Assembly (NCBI GenBank): GCA_024704765.1
Contig: JAKMXF010000305.1
Location: 38,682-102,681, forward strand
Direction of reading: 5' to 3'
DNA length: 64,000 nt
DNA from: Oopsacas minuta
Taxonomy: Eukaryota > Animalia > Porifera
The notes under the pieces were generated by a model. That model worked only from the letters and a program-made list of their open reading frames with translations, ran no database searches and was not told the DNA's origin. Both the position numbers and the translations under genes were made by a program. Positions 38,606 to 51,136 of this stretch are shown piece after piece (position 1 is the stretch's first letter; each line of letters begins with the position of its first letter).

Positions 38606-41040
38606 CAGGGTGTAACGAAAGTGCTAATACCTTTTATTTTCCTATGAAATATTAATGAACCATACATACAGTGCCGGTCAAAAAGAATTGCTCAGAATAA
38701 ATTTACCCCAAATTCTTATATCTATGACTGATTTTAACAATAATGCTTTATTATAATCAAGTAAATTGTTGTTAGTATTTAGTAGTACCTCCTCTTGCTT
38801 GAATTACAGCTTTACATCTTTGCGGCATACTCTCAATTAGAGTATGGAGCCTGTTAATGTCGATGCTATCCTAAGTGCTTAATATGCCATTCCACAACTC
38901 TGAGTGGTTGGATGGGCTTTTCTCTTGAATTCTGAGGGAAATGTGATCCCAGAGATTCTCAATCGGATTTAGATCAGGTGACTGAGCAGGCCAATTCATA
39001 ACCTCTATTTTTTGCTCACCAAACCATTGTTTAGTACCCTTTGACTTATGGCATGGGGCGTTGTCTTGCTGAAAGGTCCAGTCAGAATGTAGAGAATGCA
39101 AATCAACGCTTGGGATTAGTGCATTTTCCAATATATCAATGTAGGAATTTGTCTTGAGGTTCCCAGATACTTTCCACAAGAGTCCTATACCACTCCAGCA
39201 AAAGCATCCCCAAACCATGATGCCACCTCCACCAAACTTGCAAGTTTTTTGAAGACACCTCTCTGAGAACTCCTCCCCTTTCATACTCCTGACGTAGGCT
39301 CTCCCGTCATTAGTATACAGAAGGAACCTAGATTCGTCACTGAACACAACTCTTGCCCATTCTTCAGTATCCCAATTCTTGTGCGATCTTGCGAAGGAAA
39401 GTCGGTCTCTTTTGTGCTTGGTAGTAAGGCGGGGCTTCCTTCGCGGTTTTCGTCCGAACAGTCCAGCCCCTCGTAACCTTCTCTGAACTGTTGAAGTGGA
39501 AAGTTTTATCGAATATTCTGATCACACTTCAGCTTTTATCTGAGTAGCAGTCTTAAATCGATCCTTTTTGCATTTTCTGACCAATAAATTGTCTTGCCTT
39601 TTGGTTGTGACACGAGGCCTACCCGGAATAGCGAGGTCTCTTACCGTGCCAGTCAGCCTGTGTTTCTTAAGGATCTCGGCTACACTTTTTTGGCTACACC
39701 CAACCATTTTAGCTACCTCCCTCTGAGTATGGTCACTTTCTGAAAGTGGGATCAGGTTGGCTCGATTTTCAATGGAAATTCGGAGTTTAGAAGGCATTGA
39801 AAATTCGATAAAAACAGATAAATTGGAAAAAAGAATACAAAATAAAAACTGTAAGTTGTGCAAATATAATGAATGGATTAGCTGTGTTGGTGTGTTACTT
39901 GTCAAAATACATATGGCTGAGTATGGTTTCGCAAGAATTCAACTATCTGGTCAGTGTATGCAATTTGACATTTACTATACTGTATACATTCATTTTGAGC
40001 AATTCTTTTTGACCGGCACTGTATTTTGTTTTCTATACTTTTCTAAATTATATTTATAGCACTTGAGATTATTTCTGATTACATTAATTACTTATTGTTT
40101 TTAATATTTCAATTTTTTTTCTAATTTTAGCATTGTACATTATTTCGTATTTATGGAGGTCCGTGATCATGGAATCTTGCTTTATTCTCGAGCTATATGC
40201 ATGCTAGATGCAGGGTTCACACAGAATACAGTGGCCCAAGACTTGAATATTTCAATCTTTGTAGTGAAACTATGGTGTAGTTTGTATTAAAGGGTAGTTC
40301 ATTGGTGACTAAACCTCTTGCAGGGAGGCTCCTATTTTGAAACGGGCGGATATAATTGTTATTTCTAAGTTACTCGATAAATGCAGGCAATCTACAAGAA
40401 AACTTTACAGAGATAAAAGAATAGAGGCAATCCTGTATCCCAGATGTGTGTGTATCGTCATTAGAACGGATCTGTGGGTGTTAGGTCTTTCAAAAGGCAA
40501 GAAATACCTCGACTATCACAAAGGAACATCCAAGATCGTCTGAGTTTGCTTGGAAGCATCAAAATTGGACAGTTAACGACTGGAAAAAACTTATATGGTC
40601 AGACAAGTCTCCATTCCATCTCTTTGCAACGACAAACAAACAAAATAATCGGGTTTTGGCAAAGAATAAGCAAGATGTTCCTTCGGTGTTTTCAGTTAAA
40701 TTTCCGGCAAAGATTTATGTACGGGGCATGATGTCACATCGGGCACTTTCAGAACTGCATATAATCCCCAAGGGCAATCAATAAATAGTACATACGACAT
40801 TAATCAAATTTTGGCCAAGACTTGTATGGGAGCAGTTCACCGTTGTTGAAATAATGGATCGGTTTTGGAGCGGCCAATGTTGGACCAGATGTCCGAATTC
40901 ATCTTCATGCAAGACGGTGGACGGCACACACGGCCAATACAACGCAGAAGTGGTGTCAAGATCATTTAAATGCTCCAGACGTAAGATCGAATGGCCTGGG
41001 AACTCCCCTGACTTAAACCCTATTGAAAACCTTTGTGCAA
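38606..41040 (+). mobile_element. Tc1-like DD37E element (relative of 26530-27869), 3'-truncated, interrupted by a DD34E element
   Basis: TA|CAGGGTGTAACGAAAGTG at 38606. The 5' flank continues after 40023 in register with the rc of 27700-27800. Coding remnants 40180-41040 end at DLNPIENL. Confidence 0.8.
38669..40021 (-). mobile_element. Tc1 DD34E element, full length; 342-codon transposase (39797-38772) with only two in-frame stops
   Basis: Perfect 26-bp TIRs CAGTGCCGGTCAAAAAGAATTGCTCA and TA TSD. VFSDESRF, QQDNAPCH-34-E (SPDLNPIENLW) and C-terminal RGGTTKY*. Stops TGA at 39522-39524 and TAG at 38871-38873, no frameshift seen. Confidence 0.95.
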
Positions 41041-41426
41041 TAGCACAGTGGGTTTTCTTGGGTAAATATTTCCAGTAGGCTATAGCTACAACAATTTTCA
41101 TTATTTTCCTCTGAATTTTTAGCTATTGGGGTCTTAACTAAAGACAATTCTTTTTGGCATGTCAGATTTGAGAAAGAGTTAGCATGTGAAATTATGACGT
41201 CATATTTATTTTCCAAAAATACTCAATTATTTTCCTTTCTTCTAATTCATGACTATATAGGATATTCATAATAGTATCTTGTTTCAATCTCCAATACTAG
41301 TAACTGGGCAACTCATTAGTTATTGGAGAATTGTATCCCAATCTTGTATGAAGCATAAAATTGTGATTCGGATATGGTGTATAGGAATATGATGTATATT
41401 ATCTTAACTTCAAACATATATATATA

Positions 41427-42737
41427 AGGGTGTCTAATAAGTTCTGTTATACACTTTCGCGCCTTAGACAGTAGCTATTAATATACTTATGAAGTAATCT
41501 TCTAGATTTTCTTGTAGCATTTTTGGCGCTCTTCGAATTATACCAAGTATATATCATTCAAGTTGATGATTTCCTAGAAAATCATGTTAGAAGAAATTCG
41601 TTCAAAAATTGTCACTTTTCACGAATCTGGGTTTAGCAGCAGTGAAATTCTAAAAAGGCTAAAAAAATGATAAAGTCAATCCTATGTTGATCTATCGCAC
41701 AATAAAACGATATATAGAGACTGGGAGCGTGTCTGACAGGAAACGAGTTGGTCGTCCAATATCCGCCCGCACACCAGCCCTGAAGAATAGTGTTAGATGT
41801 CGAATCCAGAGAAATCCCCGGCGTTCAATGCGAAAAATGTCTCGTGAATTCTGTGTCAATTACGAAACGATGCGGAAATTGGTCGTAGAGGACCTAGGAA
41901 TGAAATCCCATAAGAGGAAAAACATACACCATCTTAACGACTCCATACGTCGTAAGCGACTCGAGAGATGCATACAACTAAAAGTCCGATTCGCTCCTGG
42001 GACTGAAGATAAGGTTTACTTCTCGGATGAGAAGCTGTTCACCGTTGAGGAAGCAAGCAATCGCCAAAACGACCGTATACTTGCTTCTCGAAGTCAGGAT
42101 ATCCTAGATAGCATCAAGTGCATTGATAGAGTCCAGAAGCCTCTTTCTCTGATGGTATGGGCGGGAGTGTTGGCAGACTCACGGACAAACGTGATTTTTG
42201 TCCCCTAAGGAATGAAATAAACTCCTAGACCTACAGAGAGCTGGTCTTGGAGCCTGAAATTGCGTATGCTGGTGAGAAGCTCTTTCAAAACCATCCTTGG
42301 ACTTACCAACAAGACTCTGCGCTTGCACATGCTCCAAAAGTATCCCAGGGTTGATTCCGAGAGCAAAATATCGGTTTCATAAGTAAGGATGAATGGCCAC
42401 CATCAAGCCCAGATTTAAACCCACTCGACTATTCTGTTTGGGCAAACTTGGAGAGCAGGGCCTGTGCGAAATCTCACAAGAGTTTGGACTCCCTCAAAGT
42501 TAGTTTGTTGAGTGAATGGCAGAAAATCCCACAAGGAGGAGCTGCGAAAAGCTGTCCATCAGTTTCGGAGCAGACTAACTTCCGTAATTCATAAAAAGGG
42601 AGGCTATATTGAATGATATTTGTAATGTGTAATTAGGAACATAAGTCCAAAGAAAATAGAAGGTTTCATGGCTTTGTAATGTATAAATTTGAAATAATTG
42701 GGGAATTGATATATAACAGAACTTATTAGACACCCTG
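41427..42737 (+). mobile_element. maT/DD37D mariner-like element, copy 2 (inverted, near-identical to 16655-17966)
   Basis: Same TIR, identical 174-aa ORF, and the same frameshift and stops as copy 1. Confidence 0.92.
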
Positions 42738-43129
42738 TATTAAAACCTAAATTAATGTATATCAGATTATTTCACATAAATTTCAGTCCTACAAAGCTGT
42801 GAATTTTAACTTACACTTCCTGAAGTAAATGAAATATTTCTGTATGCTAAACAGGCAATCGAAATGCTAAAGTCGATGTCAATTTGGCTAGTAGAATAAT
42901 TGGAGAAAAACTTGAAATCGACTCACAATTACCAACGTTCTCGAAAGATGTGAAGAACCGCCATTAGAGATGTACTCGGCTTGGATAACCAATGCACCAC
43001 TATCTGACCGTGAATAATCTTGAACAAATAGTTCTTAAGCGTCAGGGCTATATTACAAGTACTGAAACTCCAGCGCAAAGTTAGCCAGTTGGTTTCTAAT
43101 TCGTGGTTTACGTACAACTCTAATCCCTC

Positions 43130-43680
43130 TATTCCAATTTTCCCATCAGTATCAAACCCAATGGGAGTGCCATTTAACTACATTGACCACATAGTATATC
43201 TCTTCAGACGTAGTATCACACTCTAGACAATGTATTGAAGAACCCCTATTGAACCCGCTCAACCTTATGGTTAAACATGGTGTAGATGGGTCGGGAAGTC
43301 ACAGTGTGTCTAATCTTAGATCTCAAGCGTCTCGTGATCGTTATATTTTCTCTTGTTTATGGTTCTCCTCTTGAATTCAAAAATAGCAAGGAAATTTTAT
43401 CTTGTCTAACCACTACCCAAATTCTAGATTCTCCAACCAGCCAATAGCATTGCTATTTCAAAAAGATAACATTGACGTGTCACTGCTCTAAGAAGTTCCT
43501 GAATCTACAAATTGATGAATTCTTATCTTCGAAAATGCAAGTGGACTTGTGAATAATAGTTGAGTTAAACATTACATCAACATAGTAACACTTCGCTTGA
43601 CATAACCATGGTAACCAAAAGTATAGAATGGGATTTTGGTGTCATTAGATAGTGTGTCATTCGTGTAATATCCTGAATAG
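43130..43680 (+). pseudogene. Second, highly decayed Transib-type transposase remnant
   Basis: LMVKHGVDGSGSHSV at 43264-43308 (first-Asp motif); frameshifted PNS...QPIALLFQKD; TMV.TK then VCHSC (43655-43666, CxxC). No TIRs found. Confidence 0.55.
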
Positions 43681-45790
43681 TTCGAGAAATTGCGAGAAAC
43701 TTTTGTTCACAACAAAATACGCTCGCATTGTTCTATTATATAACTTATAATTATGCTGTATCATCACAAAGTTTAAGTAGAGAAAATTAATGAAAATTTA
43801 CATAAATTGGGTTTGAACTGTAAAAGTAACATTAGAACTATACCTGTATAATTTGATATGATTTGAAGGTTGAAATTATATTTATTAGGAATTTAAGAGG
43901 GTGAACAAAATTATGATGTAAATCGACTAAATAGAAATCAGCATCGATTTTAGTAGAGTATGTTTTCTCTGAAATGACTGATGTGTTGATGAGTGATCTA
44001 TAGATAATGGAGTTAAGTAAGAAAAAAATATTTCCGATCTAAGTTTACTAATTCTAATTTATTGCATTAGTTTACTGGTTAGTATGCTATTCATTTACGT
44101 TTTCGACCCTAACTATTAATTACATTACTGTATTACAAGTCAATGTTAATCGTGATTGGTAGGATGATAAGGAGAAATGTGGAACTCAGATCATGACAAT
44201 ATGCTAGCACCAGGTGGTAGAAGAGTTGAAGCCACTTGGGAAGATATCTATGAGTAAACACAAACCGGGAAAATTTGTTACAACACCACTAATTATATAA
44301 TTACATATGCTGGCTTTACGGTGAATATTTGTTTATCCATAACATATATTACCTAAAGTAATTATTTGATCATGTTAGTGAATATTGTTCAGACTAATTG
44401 TAGAAACTTCAATTTGATATTTCCTAGCAACACTGTGCTCATTATATACTATAATTGATTCCTAATTAGCCAATTAATTATCCTTTATTATTTGCACCAA
44501 TTTCGAATGAAATAGTACATATCTGATAGCTTATTTGAATTCTACTTTTCTTTATTACCCTAGTATGAAGATTTTAATATTTTAGAGTTAATCTTGATGA
44601 GTTATTTAAATTGTAATATTTGTCTCACATGTTTCAAACAAAGAGGAATTTTGAATGATTTCTGGTTTACAGGCAGAAATTCTACCCTAATCTGTTGTAA
44701 GTCAGAATATGTTATGAAACGATATGGTTCTTAACTACTTATCAATTCCATTCAATACTTAGCCAAATGTGCTATTAGGCGTAGAGATGTATTTGGTTTA
44801 CAACGTGCATTTTGAACACTTTCTGATAAATATTCAGGCTCAATCTTTTATTATCATTTAATATACATTAAAAGAAGTTCTTGAATAAAATCTTAGAGTA
44901 ACTTAATGGTGGTCATTAATTTTTCTCAAGATTTCCTTCAAGTCCAGCTATAAATTATGATTATACGAGCATATTAAATGAAATTTCTGTTTGGATATAT
45001 TGGAAGTCAAAAGTATACAAATACAATTAAGTACTTTATGTCGCAAATGCGCTAAAGGCCTAGCTAGCATTCCTTTTTGGCGATGCTGAAACTTGATCTG
45101 GAGTTACCAACAACGCTTTGCTATGCTTGCGTGGCTTTAACCGAATACGGCCAGGGAAATGTGTCATTTTATGACGTCAAAAGTTGCTGAAATCTCGAAT
45201 TGTGTGCGGAAATTGGTTATCGAAGTAGTAAAATTATTGTGTTCCATTTCTTTGTGAACGTAACAATTCAGCTGTAATCAGTTGCGCCATTTTATTTCTT
45301 GAATGTACTATTCAAATCTACATTTTACACGATTTAGAGCTAACGCCACTACACGCCACTCGAGTTTCATACTTTTATATCTTATTCGGAAGGATATATC
45401 GTCTTTGAATTTCTCACTGTCTAATTCGTTTCACTTTCCAATTATTGCTACATTTCCATCTAATTTTTCTAATTCCCTTACCAATGAGTTGGTGTGATAA
45501 TATTTACTTTTGAGAAGGTTCTTTTGTCGGAAACATCTTCATCAAAAATTTATTCTCTTGTTATTTTCGTTTTCTGATTAATATTGGATTTCTTACTTAC
45601 ATGTGCGGCGTATAGGCATCGAACATCGTCAACTCTCTTTCAATATCTCATTAATGGATTTGCAATATCACTTTTCACATTGATAGCAAGGTGTTTTCAT
45701 TCTTTGAAATAAATCAAATTATTGAACTTATCTAAACTCCATAAATATTTAACTAATGCTCCTTATGTTACTCTTTGCTTTCTTTACTAG

Positions 45791-46001
45791 ATGGACCCAT
45801 GATTCCAAACATTATCAATCTAAAGGTCACTTAAAACAAGATAGCATGGATGCTTCAAATTGGGGAGATATTTACCAATCGAACCCTTGTGGTTGTCCAC
45901 CTCATATGAAATCATTAAAGCCGTTGGAACGAAAGAGACTCAAACAAGGAAGATGTATTGCTCATTCTCTAGTGGGAACCCCCAATTATATTGCTCCTGA
46001 G
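45791..46001 (+). CDS. LATS: LATS/Warts kinase exon: kinase insert and activation loop
   Basis: TACTAG|A TGG reads (R)WTHDSKHYQ...RCIAHSLVGTPNYIAPE, then |GTAAGT. The phase fits both neighbours. Confidence 0.95.
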
Positions 46002-48081
46002 GTAAGTTAAAACATTCTCTATTATCTACAAAGACTGACATAAAATATTCTGGATATATTTGAATAACAAAGTGGCTATACATGATTTTATATTGTATGA
46101 GCATTTTGTCGAATGGATTTATTGGAGATTGATGTCTCTTTGAACTATCAAAGCAAAGACTTGCCAAATTATGAATAATTTATCGCTAATTATCCATTAT
46201 TTGGCGACTATGTATTATGTTTAACATCAATTCTTTGATTAATGATGCGAATTTGTCTAAGGATTTTTCACTAAGGGGTTGTCTAACGGGCGATGATCAT
46301 TGGGAACGGTGAGATTTAGCATGTAATAATTGTATTTGAATTCAATGTATAATATGAGGATATGAGATTAACATATGTGCATTAATAGTTTGTGATAGTA
46401 TTTGCATAATATTATGTGCAAGTAACTAAAATGAGATCCTTTTGGCTTTTTAACTCTGGACTGCTTACTTAGACCATTTCTTTCTTATATTAGATTTTAT
46501 TATGTACTCAGGACTGCAAGCAGCCCTATCGACTAAAATCCGAAGCAAGAAGCTCATATCTTTCATATATGGTACATAAATTATGGTAACGATATTCTCG
46601 TCGTATTTACCCCTTCTGGTACATTCCCAATTTCTGTGTAAATTTATACATAATTGGTGGCGACATGGGAATCCCCTACTTGTTGGGAGCATGCCAGAGC
46701 ATGTGAGAGTAGTGCGTCTAACTGAGTTACTTCACATATTGGAGTCATTTGGTAAATCAGAGAAATTCAATTACTCACTTGACATATTTTGCCATTAGTA
46801 TGGATGTTTTCAATTTTCCTTCCAGCAATATTTTGGACTTGAGTATGATAAGGTCTTGTACTAATCCCGGGTTCTAATTTCAAACTCATAATTACTCACC
46901 TTCGATCAATTTGAGTCGAATTTTCATCTATGGTATATTAGATGCACTGTGACGTTAGACTTTTCACTATTGTTAGTGTTGAAAGAGTAATATCATTGCT
47001 TAATGAAACTTCGCTCGGTTGTACTCCAATAGTTTGTGTTAAATGCTCTATCATAATCCTTGTTGCTTCACATTCACTCTGATCAGTAAGAGTTTCCCGA
47101 TATTCTTAAATTTTGTCACCAACTTGTTTCAAAGAGTATGAGTATTTTAAATTGCTAAATTGAGGAATTGACTGCTTCTGCATGTTAGGTTGAATGAGTC
47201 CCCATTGTGAGGTGACCCCACGTTCAGCGGTCTGCCCCTTTTGATTTCTTTCGTAATGCATTTGAAGTCACTTTTGTTTATCATTGAATTTTTAATCAAT
47301 TACTTTTGATCTGAAGTCATCAATAATATCTACAAGGATTTCATTTTTTTGTTTCCATCTGTTCCCTTTCAGATATTCACACTTTTGTGCAGTCATGGTG
47401 AGTGCTTTGTTGAATTTCAAAACTTCTCTTTTAGTCAGGTGATTTGATCTACAAGTGATAACAAGTAGATATATTAATGAAGATTGGCATGATTGTAACT
47501 CGAAGCTCCATAACAATACTGGGTCGCACCTTCCGATCGTACATTTCGATCCCATCTTGAGTATGTAAATAGCCTGTCTGCTAATTCGCCGATTTATCGC
47601 CCAGGTGCTAACCTTTCGAATCCCATCTGATTAACTTTCGATTATCCGATTCGTACTTAACTTCAAATTTGACCTCAATATACATTAGACCTGCAATAAG
47701 CTTACCAAATATGTATATAAGTGCTGCTATTTACAGAGATTCTAAGTGTCAGAAATTTTGCTCTGGCATTCGATTAATACTTCTATGTAGATTTTAGTGA
47801 AAATATACCACATTTGGTCAATTGTGTCTAGGTATATCTAATATCCAAATTTGTGAGAATATTTATTCTCGAGTATTGCAATGTATATTTGCCATCAATC
47901 TGTTGATTTTTGTTACAATTGAGTGGTGTCATGAATTTTCTAAAATAATGGCTCAATTAATAAGGCAAATACTACGTAATAGCTATACGCGAAATAGTAA
48001 CTCAATCAGTACTGAATTTCTTTTAAGATATGAAATTCTAATAAGATTGGTACATTTTCCAAACTTATAGGGACAGGGATA

Positions 48082-49386
48082 CAGGGTGACAAATAAGTTC
48101 TGTCCCATTAAAATTTATTATAGCTAAACCATGAACTAAGATATTGACTTGAAATTATGCTATAACTTAGCTAACTAAATATTGATTGATAATATATTCA
48201 ATTGTTCGATATAGCCTCCTATATTTTTGATTACAGCTCTTGGCCGGTTAGAGACGGACTCGACAGCGGCACATAACTTTTCCTGCGTGATCTTTTCCCA
48301 TTCTTGGGAGAAAGACGTTCTTAGAGACTTGATACTCTTGTGGGAAGTAGAGCACGTCTTTATCTCCAATATCACCTGCAACAAGAAGTCTATCGAGTTG
48401 AGATCTGGGGTGGAGGGAGGCCATTCCTCCTTGGAGAGAAGTCTGGGATATTGTTTCGTAACAACTGTTGGTTGACTTTCGCTGTGTGGCCTGGTGCACC
48501 GTCTTGCTGGAATTAAAATCGACGACTATTTGAACATGTTCTTACCAAGGCCTTTCATTATTGGGTCTAAAACATGCTCCTGATACTTAACAGCGCTTGC
48601 TTTTTTACCTGGGGGGTGGAACCAGTGGGATACGGCCTTTGCGGACACCCCCGCCCAAACCATCACTAATTGAAGATGCTGAACTCTTTGGTCGCATCAA
48701 TACTATTGTGGTATGGAAGATGGAGAAGAGGACAATACTCGATCGTTTGACGATTGCACTCCTGCTCGACTCTGGATATTTTCTCATCCGAGAACAAAAT
48801 TTCATCAAGACCTAATCTTGCGAACCGGCGATTAAGGCCTTGCTCCTGGCTAGCCTCTTTTCTGTAATCTATGCCGAAATATAATGAACTTTCCTGTTTT
48901 TGTAAGGAAATAGGCGCATATCGCTCTTAACAATTGTTTGGACCGATTCTCTTGATATATTGAGTTGTAGCACCATTTTACGCATCAAACGTTTCGAATT
49001 TCGCTGAATCCGATTACAGATAACCTTCTCTTCTGGGTAGTGATCGCAGATGTTGAACGTTCACTTCTCTATCTGTCTGAGGTACTACCAGTGTTCCTAT
49101 GTCTATTTATAGTTTGATATATCAATTTCCTGCGTGATTTGGGGAAATTGAGTATGTTCAATATTTCGCCCTGGCTTTCCGTTCTAAATATAAATTTACA
49201 ATTGGCCACCAAATTCTTCTCCATTTTGCCTAGAATCTTTTAACTTGTTCAGGATGTATAAATTACCTTGAATACTATTAATTATATATATATTGTGACT
49301 TATCTTATATTATTCTGTTCATTCAGGTTCTTTAATACAGAATGACACTTCACCACCATATGGGACAGAACTTATTTGTCACCCTG
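48082..49386 (-). mobile_element. maT/DD37D element (distinct family), full length, decayed
   Basis: TIRs CAGGGTGACAAATAAGTTCTGTCCCAT at both ends. QQDGAPGH and WPPSTPDLNSIDF remnants. Confidence 0.88.
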
Positions 49387-49827
49387 CATGCTAAATTTGA
49401 GATTAATTTGGCCAAATCAAATTCTATTTACCAGTGATTATTTCAATATTATTCATCAGAAGCCACTAAACAATCCGAAAATTTCAAAGTTCATACATTG
49501 GACCGATTTGGCTCAACCATATAATGGTTAACTTGCTTTAGGGTACTCTGCGACTGGAAAAATAGAATAATGCTGCTCTTTAGTATCATTATCAGAAAAT
49601 CTGGTTAATTGGGAACTCTGCTTAATCGGGACAAAGGGGGTGGAACCGATGTGTCTCGATTAAGCGGAGTTGACTGTATCATGTAATTTAATGAATTTAT
49701 TATATTTGAGCTTTTAGATTTATTTATTTATAGAGAATATTTTTTGGTGCTAGAAGCATTATCACAGGCCCTGTCTTTGTACAAGGTAAATTGACTTGTA
49801 TAATCATTATTCTTCATTTATTAAATA

Positions 49828-51136
49828 CAGGATGACACATAAATACTGTTAGAAATATAAAAGGACTGAAAACAAAAACAATTGGAGTAATCGTTCTAAT
49901 ATTCTAAATTATGTTTAGATATAGTATAGGGTTGGAAATTAAGAAAGTATTACTCAAATATATCGCCTTTACCTTAATGCAGCTCTTCAGACGGACGATG
50001 AAAGAGTCTACACTGGCACACACATGCTCATCGAGAATATTTGACCACTCTCTTAATAATGTACTCTTAAGAACCTCAACTGAACGATGGGGTGTAGCGT
50101 TAACCCTCTCCTCCAATATAGACCATATAGAGAAGTCGAGGGGGTTAAGGTCTGGCGAACAAGGTGGCCACTCTTCGGAAGAAATGACACCCGGAAAAAT
50201 TGGTCTTGCACCACTTTTGAGTGGCTTTAGCCTTGTGAGCTGGGCAGAATCTTGCTGGAATACCCATAAGTCGTTTCCAAAATGTGATTGTGCCCAAGGC
50301 TTCGAAGCATTCTCAAGAATTGATTGCCGATAAACCGATTGGTTGATTTTCACACCTTGGGGGATAAATATCAAAGGTGTCCGATCAGGTGCAGTAACTC
50401 CGGCCCATATCATCACTGAAGCTGGTTTCTGCGTTCTAGAGATCCGGAGAGTAGATTCAGGTAAAGTACTCTTATCGGTGGCTAAAATCCTATGATTTTG
50501 CTTGTTTAGGACCTGCTGAACAGTAAATAATTTCTCATCAGAGAAAACGATCTGCTTGTGTCGACCATTGGTGAAACGTGAAAGCATGGCCTTGCATCTT
50601 TCCAACCTCATACTTTTATTTTTGGCTGTGAGGAGTTGTCTTTGTTTCATTTTGTACGCTTTCATGCCCAAATCATTACAAACAAGCCTCCGCATTGATT
50701 CCCTGTTTGTATTTGTTTCAATGGCCATTTTTCGGATACTTCGGGCGGAATTTCATTTAATCCGTTGTAACACCCTCTTGGTCAAAGAAATTGTCCGTGC
50801 AGTAAGTGGACGGCCAGGTCGTGGTCGGTCTAACACGTCCCCTGTATCAGCAAACCGTGATAAAGTTCGCGAAATAAGCATCCTATTGTACCTGAGCAAA
50901 GAGGCAATTTCACTTTTGCATTTTCCGGCCTTGAATAACTCAATAATAGCTGAACGACGAGTTCCATTACAAAATGTTGAAATTATAAAATTCTAAGTGA
51001 GATATGGCTGGTGTGATTTATTGAAATAAAATAGATATGTAGTACAATATATTGGATAAGTTTCAACGCTATTGAATTATATTCATCCAAAATATGGTAG
51101 TTCTAAAAGTTGTAACAGTATTTATGTGTCACCCTG
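49828..51136 (-). mobile_element. maT/DD37D element (third family), full length, decayed
   Basis: TIRs CAGG(A/G)TGACACATAAATACTGTTA with TA flanks. ORF 49904-50728 has FSDEKLFTV, QQDSA and WPPCSPDLNPLDFSIW. Confidence 0.9.

Noticed and set aside
236-39524. Recurrent TAG/TGA at conserved Trp/Arg/Gln positions as evidence for an alternative genetic code
   Set aside because: Seen only in transposon copies that also carry frameshifts or other decay. The LATS exons use TGG for Trp and contain no in-frame stops.
43300-43306. Another CACAGTG heptamer
   Set aside because: It lies inside the coding motif GSHSV of the Transib relic, with no partner end or TSD.
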